Origin: Candidatus Enterousia intestinigallinarum
GTDB lineage: Bacteria; Pseudomonadota; Alphaproteobacteria; Rs-D84
DNA length: 64,000 nt
NCBI GenBank assembly: GCA_018716885.1
Contig: DVJI01000013.1
Span: forward strand, 10,794-74,793
Reading direction: 5' to 3'
Numbering within the stretch: position 1 is the first letter of the stretch; every line of letters starts with the position of its first letter. Position numbers and translations under genes: made by a program. Positions 38,203-48,362 of the stretch are shown in pieces. The notes beneath the pieces are model-generated. The model was not told the origin of the DNA. It was given only the letters and a program-made list of their open reading frames with translations, and did not search any database.

Positions 38203-39723
38203 ATGTTTACGATAAAGGGCAAAACAACTGATTGGGAACTGGTCATCGGACTGGAAACACATATAGAAGTATTGTCAAACAGCAAACTGTTCAGTGGTGC
38301 ATCCGCCGACTATAACCCGACCGTTGCCCCCAATACCCAGGTATCTATGGTTGACGTCGCTATGCCGGGAATGCTACCGGTGTTGAACGAGTACTGTGTG
38401 GAACAGGCGATAAAAATGGGACTGGGACTGAACGCGGAAATTTCACGCCGCAGTAAGTTTGCCCGTAAACAGTATTTTTACCCTGACCTGCCCCAGGGGT
38501 ATCAGATTTCGCAACCGGCCGAAGAACCGCCGATTGTCGGTCGCGGTTGGGTTGAAATTATGTCGGACGACGGCAAACCTAAAAAGATTTTTATTGAACG
38601 CGCGCACCTGGAACAAGACGCAGGAAAATTAAAGCACGATGTGCACCCGACAAAATCATTTGCGGACTATAACCGTACTGGTGTTGCACTGTTGGAAATC
38701 GTAACATTTCTGGACACAAAAAATCCGGAAAACAATTCATACATATCGTCCCCGGACGAAGCGGAACGATACTTGCGTGAAATTCGCGAAATCGCACGTG
38801 CATTGGGCGTGTCCAAGGCAAATATGGAAGAAGGTTCTATGCGCGCGGACATCAATGTTTCCGTACGCCCTGTCGGTTCGCCCGAGTTCCGTACCCGCAC
38901 AGAAACAAAAAATATGGTATCGTTCAAATTTATAAAATCCGCCATAGAATACGAAGCGCGCCGTCAAATTGAAATCTATGAAAACGGTGGCACCGTATCC
39001 CAGGACACTATGCGTTATTCTCAGGCCGACGGCACAACATCAGTTATGCGCAGCAAAGAAGACGCCCTGGATTACCGCTATTTCCCGGATCCGGACTTAC
39101 TGCCGCTGGAAATCAGTGACGAAACAATCGAACGTATTCGCGCGACTATGCCCGAATTGCCGGCGGCAACACGCGCGCGCTATATTGCAATGGGACTGAA
39201 CGAATACGATGCGGCGCGTCTGACCGAAACGACGGACATATCAAAATGGTTTGATGCAGCCGTCGGTGACACACCGTCACGCGCAAAACCGATTGCGAAT
39301 TGGATGATATCAGAACTGTTCGCACATCCGGAAAATTGGGATGTAAAAAACGCTGTGGATACACGTGAGCAAGGCACAGCGCGAATTATCACCCCGTCTG
39401 ATTTGGCCGAATTAGTCGATATGATTGCCGCAAATGAAATCAATGGCAAACAGGCAAAAGAAATATTTATAAAAATGCTGGACGGTGAAAATGGTACACC
39501 GCGCGCAATCGCGGACAAGTTTTCGATGAAGCAAATTACCGACACATCTGCAATCGAATCGGTTGTTGATGAAATTATCGCGGCTAACGCCCCCCAGGTT
39601 GAACAATATCGCGCGGGCAAGACCGGGCTGTTGGGATTCTTTGTTGGCGCCGTGATGAAAAAAACTGGCGGCAAAGCAAATCCGGCCGTTGTAAATGAAA
39701 TACTGCGTAAAAAATTGGCGTAA
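38203..39723 (+). CDS. gatB: Glu/Asp-tRNA amidotransferase subunit B
   Basis: 506 aa GatB with C-terminal YqeY-like domain. Confidence 0.9.
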   Translation: MFTIKGKTTDWELVIGLETHIEVLSNSKLFSGASADYNPTVAPNTQVSMVDVAMPGMLPVLNEYCVEQAIKMGLGLNAEISRRSKFARKQYFYPDLPQGYQISQPAEEPPIVGRGWVEIMSDDGKPKKIFIERAHLEQDAGKLKHDVHPTKSFADYNRTGVALLEIVTFLDTKNPENNSYISSPDEAERYLREIREIARALGVSKANMEEGSMRADINVSVRPVGSPEFRTRTETKNMVSFKFIKSAIEYEARRQIEIYENGGTVSQDTMRYSQADGTTSVMRSKEDALDYRYFPDPDLLPLEISDETIERIRATMPELPAATRARYIAMGLNEYDAARLTETTDISKWFDAAVGDTPSRAKPIANWMISELFAHPENWDVKNAVDTREQGTARIITPSDLAELVDMIAANEINGKQAKEIFIKMLDGENGTPRAIADKFSMKQITDTSAIESVVDEIIAANAPQVEQYRAGKTGLLGFFVGAVMKKTGGKANPAVVNEILRKKLA

Positions 39724-39744
39724 AAACACTATAAAGGATTCAAA

Positions 39745-39921
39745 ATGAAAGTCATCACAATCATAGAAGACGATAAAATCACGGGCGTTAAATATGGCAC
39801 GGTTGAAATTCCGGAAACGCCAAATAAGACCATACGCAGCAAACGTGTGTACAAACAGGTTCAAAAAGTTCGCGAAATGTATGCGGAACGTGTTCGCGCC
39901 GAACATACCAAGAATAAATAA
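39745..39921 (+). CDS. Small hypothetical protein (58 aa)
   Basis: MKVITIIEDDKITGVKYGTVEIPETPNKTIRSKRVYKQVQKVREMYAERVRAEHTKNK. RBS aaagga. Lies between gatB and miaB. Not in the ORF track because it is under 60 aa. Confidence 0.3.
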   Translation: MKVITIIEDDKITGVKYGTVEIPETPNKTIRSKRVYKQVQKVREMYAERVRAEHTKNK

Positions 39922-39927
39922 GATAAT

Positions 39928-41226
39928 ATGAAAAAGTTTTATATTCATACATTTGGCTGTCAAATGAACGTATATGACGGCCAGCGGATTGCCGCGATGC
40001 TGACTGCACGTGGATACGAATCAACTGAAACGGTTGCGGATGCCGACATAATAATTTTGAACACGTGTGCCGTGCGTGCCAAGGCAACAGATAAAGTATT
40101 CAGTGCCCTGGGGCGCATACGTGCCGAAAAAAAGCCAGACGCCCTGTTTGGCATTGTTGGATGTGTCGCACGTGAATCCGGCGCCGATGCGTTTAGACGG
40201 GTTCCTGAATTAAACTTTGTGCTGGGACCACAGAGCTACCACAAATTGCCCGCTATATTAGAAAATCCAGAAACAAAACTATTAAACATAGATTTGGGTG
40301 GTCTGGAAAAATTCGATGAATTACCACAAATGGAAAAATCGCCTGTAATCGCATACATCCCGATACAGGAGGGTTGCAATCATTGCTGTACATACTGCAT
40401 CGTGCCGTACACGCGCGGTCGCGAACTGTCGCGTCCATTTAACGATGTTATGCGTGACACAGAACACGCCGCAAAAACTGGCGCGGTTGAAATATGCTTT
40501 CTGGGGCAAAACGTCAATGGATATAAATACACCGACGCGGACGGAACGGTATACCGTCTGTCGGATTTAATTGCCGCAACCGCAAAATTGGACGCAGTAA
40601 AACGCATCAGATTTACATCAAGTTATCCAACCGAAATGACGGACGATTTGATTGATATGTTTCGGACAGAACCCAAACTGTTACCGTTCTTAAACTTGCC
40701 TATACAAAGTGGGTCGCCCGATGTATTGACAAGAATGAACCGTCCATATTCGTTGAATCTATATATAGATATAGTTGACAAATTAAAACACGCCCGCCCC
40801 GATATTCAAATATCCAGTGATTTTATTGTCGGTTTTCCCGGCGAAACAGATGCCGATTTTGAACAGACAATGAAAATTGCACAGCGTGTAAAATATATCA
40901 ATTCTTATTCATTCAAGTATTCACCTCGCCCCCACACGGCTGCGGCCCTGATGCCGAACCAGATACCGGAATCTGTTAAATCGGCCCGTCTGGCAAAACT
41001 GGATGCATACCTGAATGAATTGCAACGCGATTTCAATTTATCCTGTGTTGGAAAAACAATGCCCTGTTTATATGAAGGACCCGACAAAACCGGCCGTCAT
41101 TTGGTGTACCGCACACCATATATGCAACCCTGCATTGTTGATGCAAAATCGGACACTGCGCCAATAATGGCGGAAATAGAAATCACAGATGCGAACAAGG
41201 CATCATTGCGCGGGAAATTAAAATAA
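39928..41226 (+). CDS. miaB: tRNA-i6A37 methylthiotransferase MiaB
   Basis: MTTase N-domain, radical SAM CxxxCxxC (CNHCCTYC), TRAM domain. Confidence 0.85.
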   Translation: MKKFYIHTFGCQMNVYDGQRIAAMLTARGYESTETVADADIIILNTCAVRAKATDKVFSALGRIRAEKKPDALFGIVGCVARESGADAFRRVPELNFVLGPQSYHKLPAILENPETKLLNIDLGGLEKFDELPQMEKSPVIAYIPIQEGCNHCCTYCIVPYTRGRELSRPFNDVMRDTEHAAKTGAVEICFLGQNVNGYKYTDADGTVYRLSDLIAATAKLDAVKRIRFTSSYPTEMTDDLIDMFRTEPKLLPFLNLPIQSGSPDVLTRMNRPYSLNLYIDIVDKLKHARPDIQISSDFIVGFPGETDADFEQTMKIAQRVKYINSYSFKYSPRPHTAAALMPNQIPESVKSARLAKLDAYLNELQRDFNLSCVGKTMPCLYEGPDKTGRHLVYRTPYMQPCIVDAKSDTAPIMAEIEITDANKASLRGKLK

Positions 41227-41228
41227 CA

Positions 41229-42803
41229 TTAAAACTTGATTCCGACACCGACGCCAACCTTGTACCCGATTGCGTCGTTGTCATAAATAATCCCCAGTGA
41301 TATGTTTCCACCCGCCCTGTCAGCAATGGATGTTACACCCAAACGCAACGATGTATCCAAACGACCAGACACATCGCCACTAATACGAATCCCATAGTTA
41401 TATTCTATGTCATAACCATCGGCGATATTAAATATAAGGTCCGCGCCTGCACCAGTAAAAATTTCCAAATCGGACGCCGAAAGTATTTTTGCATAATCCG
41501 CACCAACACGAACAAATGGCGCCACTGTAAAATTTTCTAGCGGTGCAAAACCAATTCCAAAATCGGCAACCGCATACATAGAAACACCGTTTGGATTTAA
41601 TACTATTTCACCATTGTCAAACACCGCCCCAACATCAAACTTTGAAATCGTTGCACCGGCAACACCACGTGCAAAAATCGAATTATAAAAATACGCTATA
41701 TGCACGTTTCCGCCATATAGCGCAATTTTATATTCGTCCAAATCGTTTGTAAAATCCATTGTCACGGCATATACTGACGCTGCGATTTTCAGATTTCTAG
41801 ATATATCAAACGACACATCCGCGCCCACACCAAACGCATTGAAATCATCAGAATATAAAAAGATTGGTGCAACACCGACACCGTCTGATAACGTGGCAAC
41901 TTCTATCATTTCGAACATATTAAATGTTCGTACTGCGTCCATCATACGAATCGGATTCATACGCACCGTGCGCGACATAATAGATTCCAATTCGGCCATT
42001 GTTGTGGCGCGGTCTAATGCGGCTATCAGTTTATCGTCAGGATTTTCCACACGAATACTATTCAAAAACATCCCGGCGTCATTTTGTAAAATCTTGAAAT
42101 AATCGGTATCACGAACCACATCAACATACAGGGCATTATCTGATATGCGTGCCGCGACGCGATACAATGGATTGGTATTTTCGGAATATATGCTAATTGT
42201 GCCGTCCCCATAAACATTTGACATAATCGGCCCATTGCCAAACACGGATAAATCATCTGCATACAGTGTGACATTTCCGCGTAATTCTATATCCGGCGCA
42301 TCAGCGGCAGGAAACATACGCGCCCCACCATCATCCAAATCCAGTACGGAATTATACAGAACTATTCTGTCCGCATCGCCAGACATATTGCGTAATCCAA
42401 ACCACGATACGCGATTGGCACTTTCAACAATAATTTCGTATTTTCCCGCAACACCCAATGGATTCAAATCGGCATTATTGCGCACCAGCTGTATAACAGA
42501 ACTGTTATCCCCAGTTGCGTCAAACATCGCATTTATGTTCCCGGTGTTTTGAACATATACATCACATCCGTCACACACGTTCACGCGCCCGTTAATTGTA
42601 CCAGCATTTGTCAGTACCAACGAATTTATGACATTTACCTGATTTACATCAACGACAACCGAATCGGCAATCACCGTGTTATTTTCAATATTCCACACAT
42701 CGCCACGTATATCACTGCCAATATAGTCAACAGCGGCGTCCGCCACATCAGGCACCACCGACACAACTGCACATATAAAAAGAAAAATCCATCCCTTTCC
42801 CAT
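41229..42803 (-). CDS. Autotransporter-like outer-membrane protein
   Basis: Signal peptide MGKGWIFLFICAVVSVVPDVADA. Asn/Val-rich passenger region. C-terminal beta-barrel ending ...GVGVGIKF. Confidence 0.55.
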   Translation of the reverse strand: MGKGWIFLFICAVVSVVPDVADAAVDYIGSDIRGDVWNIENNTVIADSVVVDVNQVNVINSLVLTNAGTINGRVNVCDGCDVYVQNTGNINAMFDATGDNSSVIQLVRNNADLNPLGVAGKYEIIVESANRVSWFGLRNMSGDADRIVLYNSVLDLDDGGARMFPAADAPDIELRGNVTLYADDLSVFGNGPIMSNVYGDGTISIYSENTNPLYRVAARISDNALYVDVVRDTDYFKILQNDAGMFLNSIRVENPDDKLIAALDRATTMAELESIMSRTVRMNPIRMMDAVRTFNMFEMIEVATLSDGVGVAPIFLYSDDFNAFGVGADVSFDISRNLKIAASVYAVTMDFTNDLDEYKIALYGGNVHIAYFYNSIFARGVAGATISKFDVGAVFDNGEIVLNPNGVSMYAVADFGIGFAPLENFTVAPFVRVGADYAKILSASDLEIFTGAGADLIFNIADGYDIEYNYGIRISGDVSGRLDTSLRLGVTSIADRAGGNISLGIIYDNDAIGYKVGVGVGIKF

Positions 42804-42910
42804 AGGATGAGAGATTAGCACATAAGATTTTTTTCTTAAAGTTTTTTATAAAAATCACACCCCAGGCGTCCCCGGGGTGTAATTATATACATCTTGTGAT
42901 GCCGGACAAC

Positions 42911-43453
42911 TTACAACATCATACCTTTTTCCAACGTGCCCCACGCAGCTTTATAGCCACCGTCGCGTTCCAGATAAATCTTGGCATTGTTCAGCTGTTC
43001 CGCTGTCAGGCCACGGATAATGAACGATTCCTTCAGACGTCCCTGGCTTTTGATGCTTAAAGTCGGCAAACTTACTGCCATCGGCGATTTATCACAGCAC
43101 ATACTGTTATTGTTACAGCTGCCACACTGATAGATGCGAACAGTATATACCTTGCCCGGACGCAAATCCTTCAAATCCACTTCCATTTTCAGGCCAGCAT
43201 CAGTTTCATAGAATTTGATATATCCCATTCTGGATTCGCCGCCGTGACTGCTGTGCGTATACATTTTTGCGTGCACGTGGCTGACATCAGAATCTTCGTA
43301 TGTCTGATAGAATACGACGGCTTCTGCCTGGGGTGCCGTGGGTTTTGGCTGTGGCTTCATTTTCTTTTGCCCACAACCGGTACATCCAGCCATCAGCACC
43401 ATTACACCCAGAACGGATGATAACAACAACATTTTTTTGACTAAGTTTTTCAT
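42911..43453 (-). CDS. Lipoprotein, hypothetical (His/Cys-containing; possibly metal-binding)
   Basis: Lipobox LMAGC. Contains HVHAKMYTHSSHGG. Confidence 0.45.
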   Translation of the reverse strand: MKNLVKKMLLLSSVLGVMVLMAGCTGCGQKKMKPQPKPTAPQAEAVVFYQTYEDSDVSHVHAKMYTHSSHGGESRMGYIKFYETDAGLKMEVDLKDLRPGKVYTVRIYQCGSCNNNSMCCDKSPMAVSLPTLSIKSQGRLKESFIIRGLTAEQLNNAKIYLERDGGYKAAWGTLEKGMML

Positions 43454-43642
43454 AAAGGTCTCCTTTTTTTCCTTATGGTTACGAAAGACATTGTATAATA
43501 TTTTTTTACACTTTTCGTCAGGTTTGAATCCCTAGGAATCCCAGCAAATCGTGCACATAGCGCAATTTGAATCATATCCTGTAATCTTATATGGTCTGTG
43601 CGTGATAACCTGTATTTACACAACCGAACAAAGGAGGAAAAA

Positions 43643-43999
43643 ATGTATGAACTGTTACAGCATCTTATCGCGTTCAAATACGCCTGCAAAATAAACCACT
43701 GGTCAACGGACAAGTATGCAGCGCATCTGTTGTTTGACAGATTGAGTGAAAATATCGACGACTGGGTTGACAGTATTTCGGAATGTTATTTTATGGCAAT
43801 GGATAAAAAAGACGTGTTCAAGCCAAATATTATGAACCCGAAATTGGTGGACAAGGATTTAGTAAAAATGTGCGAATCGATTATATCGCATCTGGAAGAA
43901 TTACAAAATGACGACGAATTAAACGAAGGTATGTGTTCTTTGCTAAGTGCAATCGAAGAAGGATTTCTGAACAAAATGGCATTGGCAAAATTGGCCTGA
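43643..43999 (+). CDS. Hypothetical protein
   Basis: RBS aaaggagg. 118 aa. Start MYELLQHL chosen over the track's upstream ATG. Confidence 0.45.
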   Translation: MYELLQHLIAFKYACKINHWSTDKYAAHLLFDRLSENIDDWVDSISECYFMAMDKKDVFKPNIMNPKLVDKDLVKMCESIISHLEELQNDDELNEGMCSLLSAIEEGFLNKMALAKLA

Positions 44000-44034
44000 A
44001 CAAAAAACGCCCCGATATGGGGCGTTTTTTTTAT

Positions 44035-45660
44035 TTAACTATGCAGTTTCAAAAACGATTTCAGCAATGTTCGCGGCGAATACTGATGCTTGCTTATCGG
44101 TGTCAAATCCTTGTCCACACCCATCAGATAGTAAACGGCCCGCTGTGCGGCACGAACGGAATATTCCATTGTGAAAACAACATCATCGGGAACTTCGGCA
44201 AATTGACTGATGAACGCAAAGTTTTCATATCCTTGTGGAATAACCAGCGGTCTGTCGCCAATTTTACGTGGCTGAAACTGCGATGTGATATACGGCATAA
44301 TCGATGTACGGCAAATAACGCCACGCATCATTTCGGCCTGGTCACGTTTTGGTATATGCAACTGTCCCATCAGTTCCGTCATTATTTCACGACCGGTGCA
44401 CTTGTACATCGGCTTTTTCACATAATCACCGTCCACAAACATATTTAACGCATAACCCCAAAATATCTGGGTGTCCATCGGCTGATTTTTGAAATGCGGC
44501 TGGCGCGCAACGACAAAAGACAGACGCCAAGCAGAATCCTTAAACGTAACCAACGCGCCGCCCCCTGGGTGGTTGCGTGTAAAGCGCTGGATATATTCAA
44601 ACAGTTTCGGATTGTTGTTTATCGTCACCGTGAACGACATCCACATCGATTCGTCCGGACGCGAACAAAACACATCTGGGTCACCGAATTCAGGACGCCC
44701 GTTAGCAATCTTTTTCCACAATTCAAACGATGGCGCGGTCTGTGCAGTATTATATTTTGCAACAGTATCAGTGGACGCTTCATCCGAATTATCAGTCATA
44801 CATCCGTTTGTAAATGTAACTATATCCGTCGGCGCAACATTTATGGTATGCTTTTTGCCGCGTTGCACATATTCTATTTTTGTGGCCAGGTTTTCACCCT
44901 TTTTATTCTGGTCAAACAGAATATCCGTCACACGCGCCCCCAGAATAATTTGCACCCCCTGCCCGCGTAACCAATCGACCATCGGTTTTACAATCGAATC
45001 GTGCTGGTTGTACGCAGTACGCGCCACGCCCGCCAGCGTGTGTATTCGCGGAAATTCGTGCATAAATCGTATCATATACCGACGCAGTTCCGCCGCACTG
45101 GACCACGGCTGAAACGCAAATGTCGTCTGCCACATAAACCAAAAATTAGTTTTGAAAAAATGCGGACCAAATACCTCGTCGATTCGTTTGGCACCCAATG
45201 ATTTTTCTGTTTCCATCAATATCAGTTTTTCCATATCCATACGATCGTCCGGGGAAAAGCCCATTTGTGTGACATCAACCTTGCCACCATTTTTATCAAC
45301 CAGACGCGCCCGCGAATGAGTTTTGAATTCCTGATTGTATTCTAAAAATTCTTCTTCCAGTGATATGTCATCAAATTCAATCGACGGTATTTCCGTCATA
45401 ACATCCTGCAGACATTCGTATGTCGGTATATTCAGCATACGCCCGCCACGAATCATATACCCGCGCTTTGCGTCACCGGCACCGTCCAAACTGCCACCGT
45501 CAACGTCCAGCGATTCGAAAATTTTTATATTTTTTCCCGGTACACGTGCATCACGAATCAAATATATTGCCGCCGCCAATGAACCGATACCAGAACCAAT
45601 CATATAAACATTTGTCGTCGCTGGGCGACGCTTTATTGAACTTTTTCCTGCTTTGGCCAT
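44035..45660 (-). CDS. Oleate hydratase (MCRA / myosin-cross-reactive antigen family)
   Basis: FAD GxGxxG motif (MIGSGIGSLAAA). Long MCRA-family core. Start MAKAGK. Confidence 0.8.
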   Translation of the reverse strand: MAKAGKSSIKRRPATTNVYMIGSGIGSLAAAIYLIRDARVPGKNIKIFESLDVDGGSLDGAGDAKRGYMIRGGRMLNIPTYECLQDVMTEIPSIEFDDISLEEEFLEYNQEFKTHSRARLVDKNGGKVDVTQMGFSPDDRMDMEKLILMETEKSLGAKRIDEVFGPHFFKTNFWFMWQTTFAFQPWSSAAELRRYMIRFMHEFPRIHTLAGVARTAYNQHDSIVKPMVDWLRGQGVQIILGARVTDILFDQNKKGENLATKIEYVQRGKKHTINVAPTDIVTFTNGCMTDNSDEASTDTVAKYNTAQTAPSFELWKKIANGRPEFGDPDVFCSRPDESMWMSFTVTINNNPKLFEYIQRFTRNHPGGGALVTFKDSAWRLSFVVARQPHFKNQPMDTQIFWGYALNMFVDGDYVKKPMYKCTGREIMTELMGQLHIPKRDQAEMMRGVICRTSIMPYITSQFQPRKIGDRPLVIPQGYENFAFISQFAEVPDDVVFTMEYSVRAAQRAVYYLMGVDKDLTPISKHQYSPRTLLKSFLKLHS

Positions 45661-45771
45661 AATGAAAACTCCTTTGTTTTGCCAACGATATAATACCAAT
45701 TTATCGTCTAAATATTCCACAGGACAAAAAGCCCAACCCCACAAAATCGTGCACATAGCACGTTTTTATAA

Positions 45772-45802
45772 TAAAAAACATCGCCGGAAATGCCCGGCGA
45801 TG
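45772..45802 (-). terminator. Intrinsic terminator on the minus strand
   Basis: Minus strand reads catcgccgggcatttccggcgatg + ttttttat. Confidence 0.55.
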
Positions 45803-45824
45803 TACACGCGATAGCGCACCCGAT

Positions 45825-46436
45825 TTAGAACATAAATCTGATACCAATATCACCACCAAAATTATGCAGGCCTGAATTGATATCGACATAGTTATAACGT
45901 GCCGCAATATCAACCGCAAAGCGTTCCATATCAAATGTCACGCCCAATGCCCCCATCGCAGAGAAACGCGTTTTGCTTTCGCTGTGATGACCAACATTTG
46001 GAATTTCGCGTTTAACATCAGTGAACGCGACACCGGCGCCCAGCCCAAAGAACGGACGAACAATGTGGTATCCGCCAAATTCCCAATAGTTGTTCCACAA
46101 CAACGTCTGCATCTTGGTTTCGACATTTACATCGCCGATATTACCAAAATTGGCGCTGTCCTTGGCCTTGCTGTATATGGACCATTCGATTTCAGAACGT
46201 ACTGTATCGCACACTTCCAAACCTAATGCCGCACGCCCCTGGAATATGGTATCCGACATTGTTTCTTTATGGTCGTTATAGCTATAGTTCAGATTTGAAT
46301 AGCTGGCGCCGCCACGCAATCCAATATACGGATCTAATCCGAAAAATTGCCACGTGCTTTCGTTCGGATTACGTCCCGCCGCGAACGCCGGACACGCAAT
46401 CAGCACGGCCAGTGTTGATATGACTATTTTTTTCAT
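45825..46436 (-). CDS. Outer-membrane beta-barrel protein (OmpA-like / OmpW-like barrel)
   Basis: Signal peptide MKKIVISTLAVLIACPAFA. Alternating hydrophobic strands. C-terminal ...GIRFMF. Confidence 0.55.
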   Translation of the reverse strand: MKKIVISTLAVLIACPAFAAGRNPNESTWQFFGLDPYIGLRGGASYSNLNYSYNDHKETMSDTIFQGRAALGLEVCDTVRSEIEWSIYSKAKDSANFGNIGDVNVETKMQTLLWNNYWEFGGYHIVRPFFGLGAGVAFTDVKREIPNVGHHSESKTRFSAMGALGVTFDMERFAVDIAARYNYVDINSGLHNFGGDIGIRFMF

Positions 46437-46672
46437 TTGCTCTCTCCTTTGTAGGTTTGTTGTATAAAAGTTTTTTCGTGTCAACACTGTAATTCTATCA
46501 AAGCAAATCATAAGTTTGCATAGGTATGGCTGCCTATTATTCGGCACACGTATTTTTATGCGATTCGCAGGCGCCACTACAAAAAATGATAAATACCCTT
46601 GCATTTGGCTAAAAAAGGACTATAATCGCCTAGGTCAAAAGACAAAAGTGATGATAAAATCACAACGGACCC

Positions 46673-46748
46673 GGGTGCGTAGCTCAGTTGGTAGAGCAAC
46701 TGACTCTTAATCAGTGGGTCCAGGGTTCGAGTCCCTGCGCGCCCACCA
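46673..46748 (+). tRNA. tRNA-Lys (CTT)
   Basis: GGGTGCG/TAGCTCAGTTGGTAGAGC/ACTGACTCTTAATCAGT/.../GGTTCGAGTCC/CGCGCCCACCA. Anticodon CTT. Confidence 0.85.
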
Positions 46749-46786
46749 CAAACATAAACCGCAACGCGGTTTTTTATTTTTGTATT
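46749..46786 (+). terminator. Intrinsic terminator after tRNA-Lys
   Basis: aaaccgcaacgcggttttttattttt. Confidence 0.6.
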
Positions 46787-46902
46787 GTGGCGCTAAGGGC
46801 GAGAACCCTGCCCCAGGGTTCGACAATGAGTCGTTGAGAACGCGCAACGCGCGTATCGAAACGTAACGAATGCCCCACAGCCGGCGTGAACAACGCCGCG
46901 CG

Positions 46903-46960
46903 AGGGAGTCCCTGCGCGCCCACCACAAACATAAACCGCAACGCGGTTTTTTTATTTTTA
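46903..46960 (+). repeat. Direct repeat of the tRNA-Lys 3' end plus terminator (att-like scar)
   Basis: gagtccctgcgcgcccaccacaaacataaaccgcaacgcggtttttt is repeated about 174 nt downstream of the intact copy. A degenerate T-arm fragment (ccagggttcgac) lies between the copies. Confidence 0.7.
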
Positions 46961-47003
46961 TAAAATGCCGTATGTACAGGAAACTATGCACATACGGCTT
47001 TTT

Positions 47004-48329
47004 TTATTTCAAATATGAAGAAGGATTATACGCCTTGGTGCCCTTGCGAATTTCAAAGTGTAATTGTGGTTGATCAACCTTGCCCGTTTCACCAACGGTT
47101 CCGATTTTCTGACCAACAGAAACCTTGGTTCCACGACGAACGGTCATTGAATCCAGATGTGCGTACACCGTCATCCAACCACCAGAATGCTGAACAATTA
47201 TCAGATTGCCCATACCTTTGACCTCGTTCCCGGCATATGCGACAACACCATTTTCCGCCGCACCCACCGCAGTGCCACGCGATGCCGCGATATTTATCCC
47301 GTCATTAAACAGACCGTCTGACTTGGCGCCATAACTGGATAAAATCTTGCCACGTACCGGCCACGAGAACTTTGACGACGAACGCGCACTGATTGTCGGC
47401 AACTTTTTCGTCGGATCCGATGAAATCTTTTCCTTTGGCTTTGCGGTTGGCGCGGTTGTTGTGCTATCCGCGATCGCAACCGCCGACGTGGACGTTGTAC
47501 GCACCGGCGCCGTGCTTAAATTCGGAACCTTTAACTTTTGCCCGACAGACAACGTAAATGGCGCGGTCAAATTATTCATAACCGCCAAATCATTTACCGG
47601 CACCGAATATTTTCGCGACAATGAATACAGCGTATCACCCGCCGCAACGGTTATTTCCTGCAATTCGACCCGTGTTGTGGTGTTTGCTGCCGGTGCTGTT
47701 GCGGGACGCGCCGGCACAGTAATAGTTTGTGTGGCTGCCGTCTCGGTCACGACCGGAACTTTTAACTTTTGCCCAACGGACAACGTATATGGTGCGACCA
47801 GATTATTTTCATTTATCAATTCATCAACGGTCGTTCCATACATCTGTGCCAATGAATACAATGTATCGCCAGCGGCAACTGTTATTTCGGATGTTGTCTG
47901 AACCGTTTTTATCCCGCCATACATCGGCACGCGCAGATAATCCGCCCCAGCATCCGCAACCGCGGTCTGTGTATCAACGATTGGCTCACCCGCCGTAACA
48001 GACGTTTGCGACGGCACGTCACCATACATAGACGCCACGGACGTACTTGTTGCGCTTGGCGGTACTATATAGTCATCAACACTGGCGTATTCAACGTATT
48101 CCGCATCATCCACAGAACCGTACAGCGTCGGCGATGCATAAACGCCATAGTCGGTTGACGCAGCATTATAAATTTCTGGTTGGGTTTCTGGGTCTGCCAA
48201 CAAGGCCGGATAACGCGACGAAATAAATTCACCAACAGTATCTGGCAACGAAACAATCTTTGGCTGTAAATCACACGCAGTGACAGCCAACGCAAACACG
48301 CCTGCAAAAAGGAAACTGAAATTTTTCAC
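47004..48329 (-). CDS. LysM-domain M23 family metallopeptidase (NlpD-like lipoprotein)
   Basis: Lipobox VTAC. Two LysM repeats (ITVAAGDTLYSL...GQKLKVP). M23 domain with HxxxD and HLHFE. Confidence 0.8.
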   Translation of the reverse strand: MKNFSFLFAGVFALAVTACDLQPKIVSLPDTVGEFISSRYPALLADPETQPEIYNAASTDYGVYASPTLYGSVDDAEYVEYASVDDYIVPPSATSTSVASMYGDVPSQTSVTAGEPIVDTQTAVADAGADYLRVPMYGGIKTVQTTSEITVAAGDTLYSLAQMYGTTVDELINENNLVAPYTLSVGQKLKVPVVTETAATQTITVPARPATAPAANTTTRVELQEITVAAGDTLYSLSRKYSVPVNDLAVMNNLTAPFTLSVGQKLKVPNLSTAPVRTTSTSAVAIADSTTTAPTAKPKEKISSDPTKKLPTISARSSSKFSWPVRGKILSSYGAKSDGLFNDGINIAASRGTAVGAAENGVVAYAGNEVKGMGNLIIVQHSGGWMTVYAHLDSMTVRRGTKVSVGQKIGTVGETGKVDQPQLHFEIRKGTKAYNPSSYLK

Positions 48330-48362
48330 ACACTAATTATATCACAAAAATGAAAATAAATC

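Noticed and set aside
46707-46991. 94-aa minus-strand ORF spanning the tRNA-Lys region
   Set aside because: It is built from the duplicated tRNA 3' end and terminator repeats (KKPRCGLCLWWARRDS occurs twice) and overlaps a tRNA gene. Almost certainly not coding.
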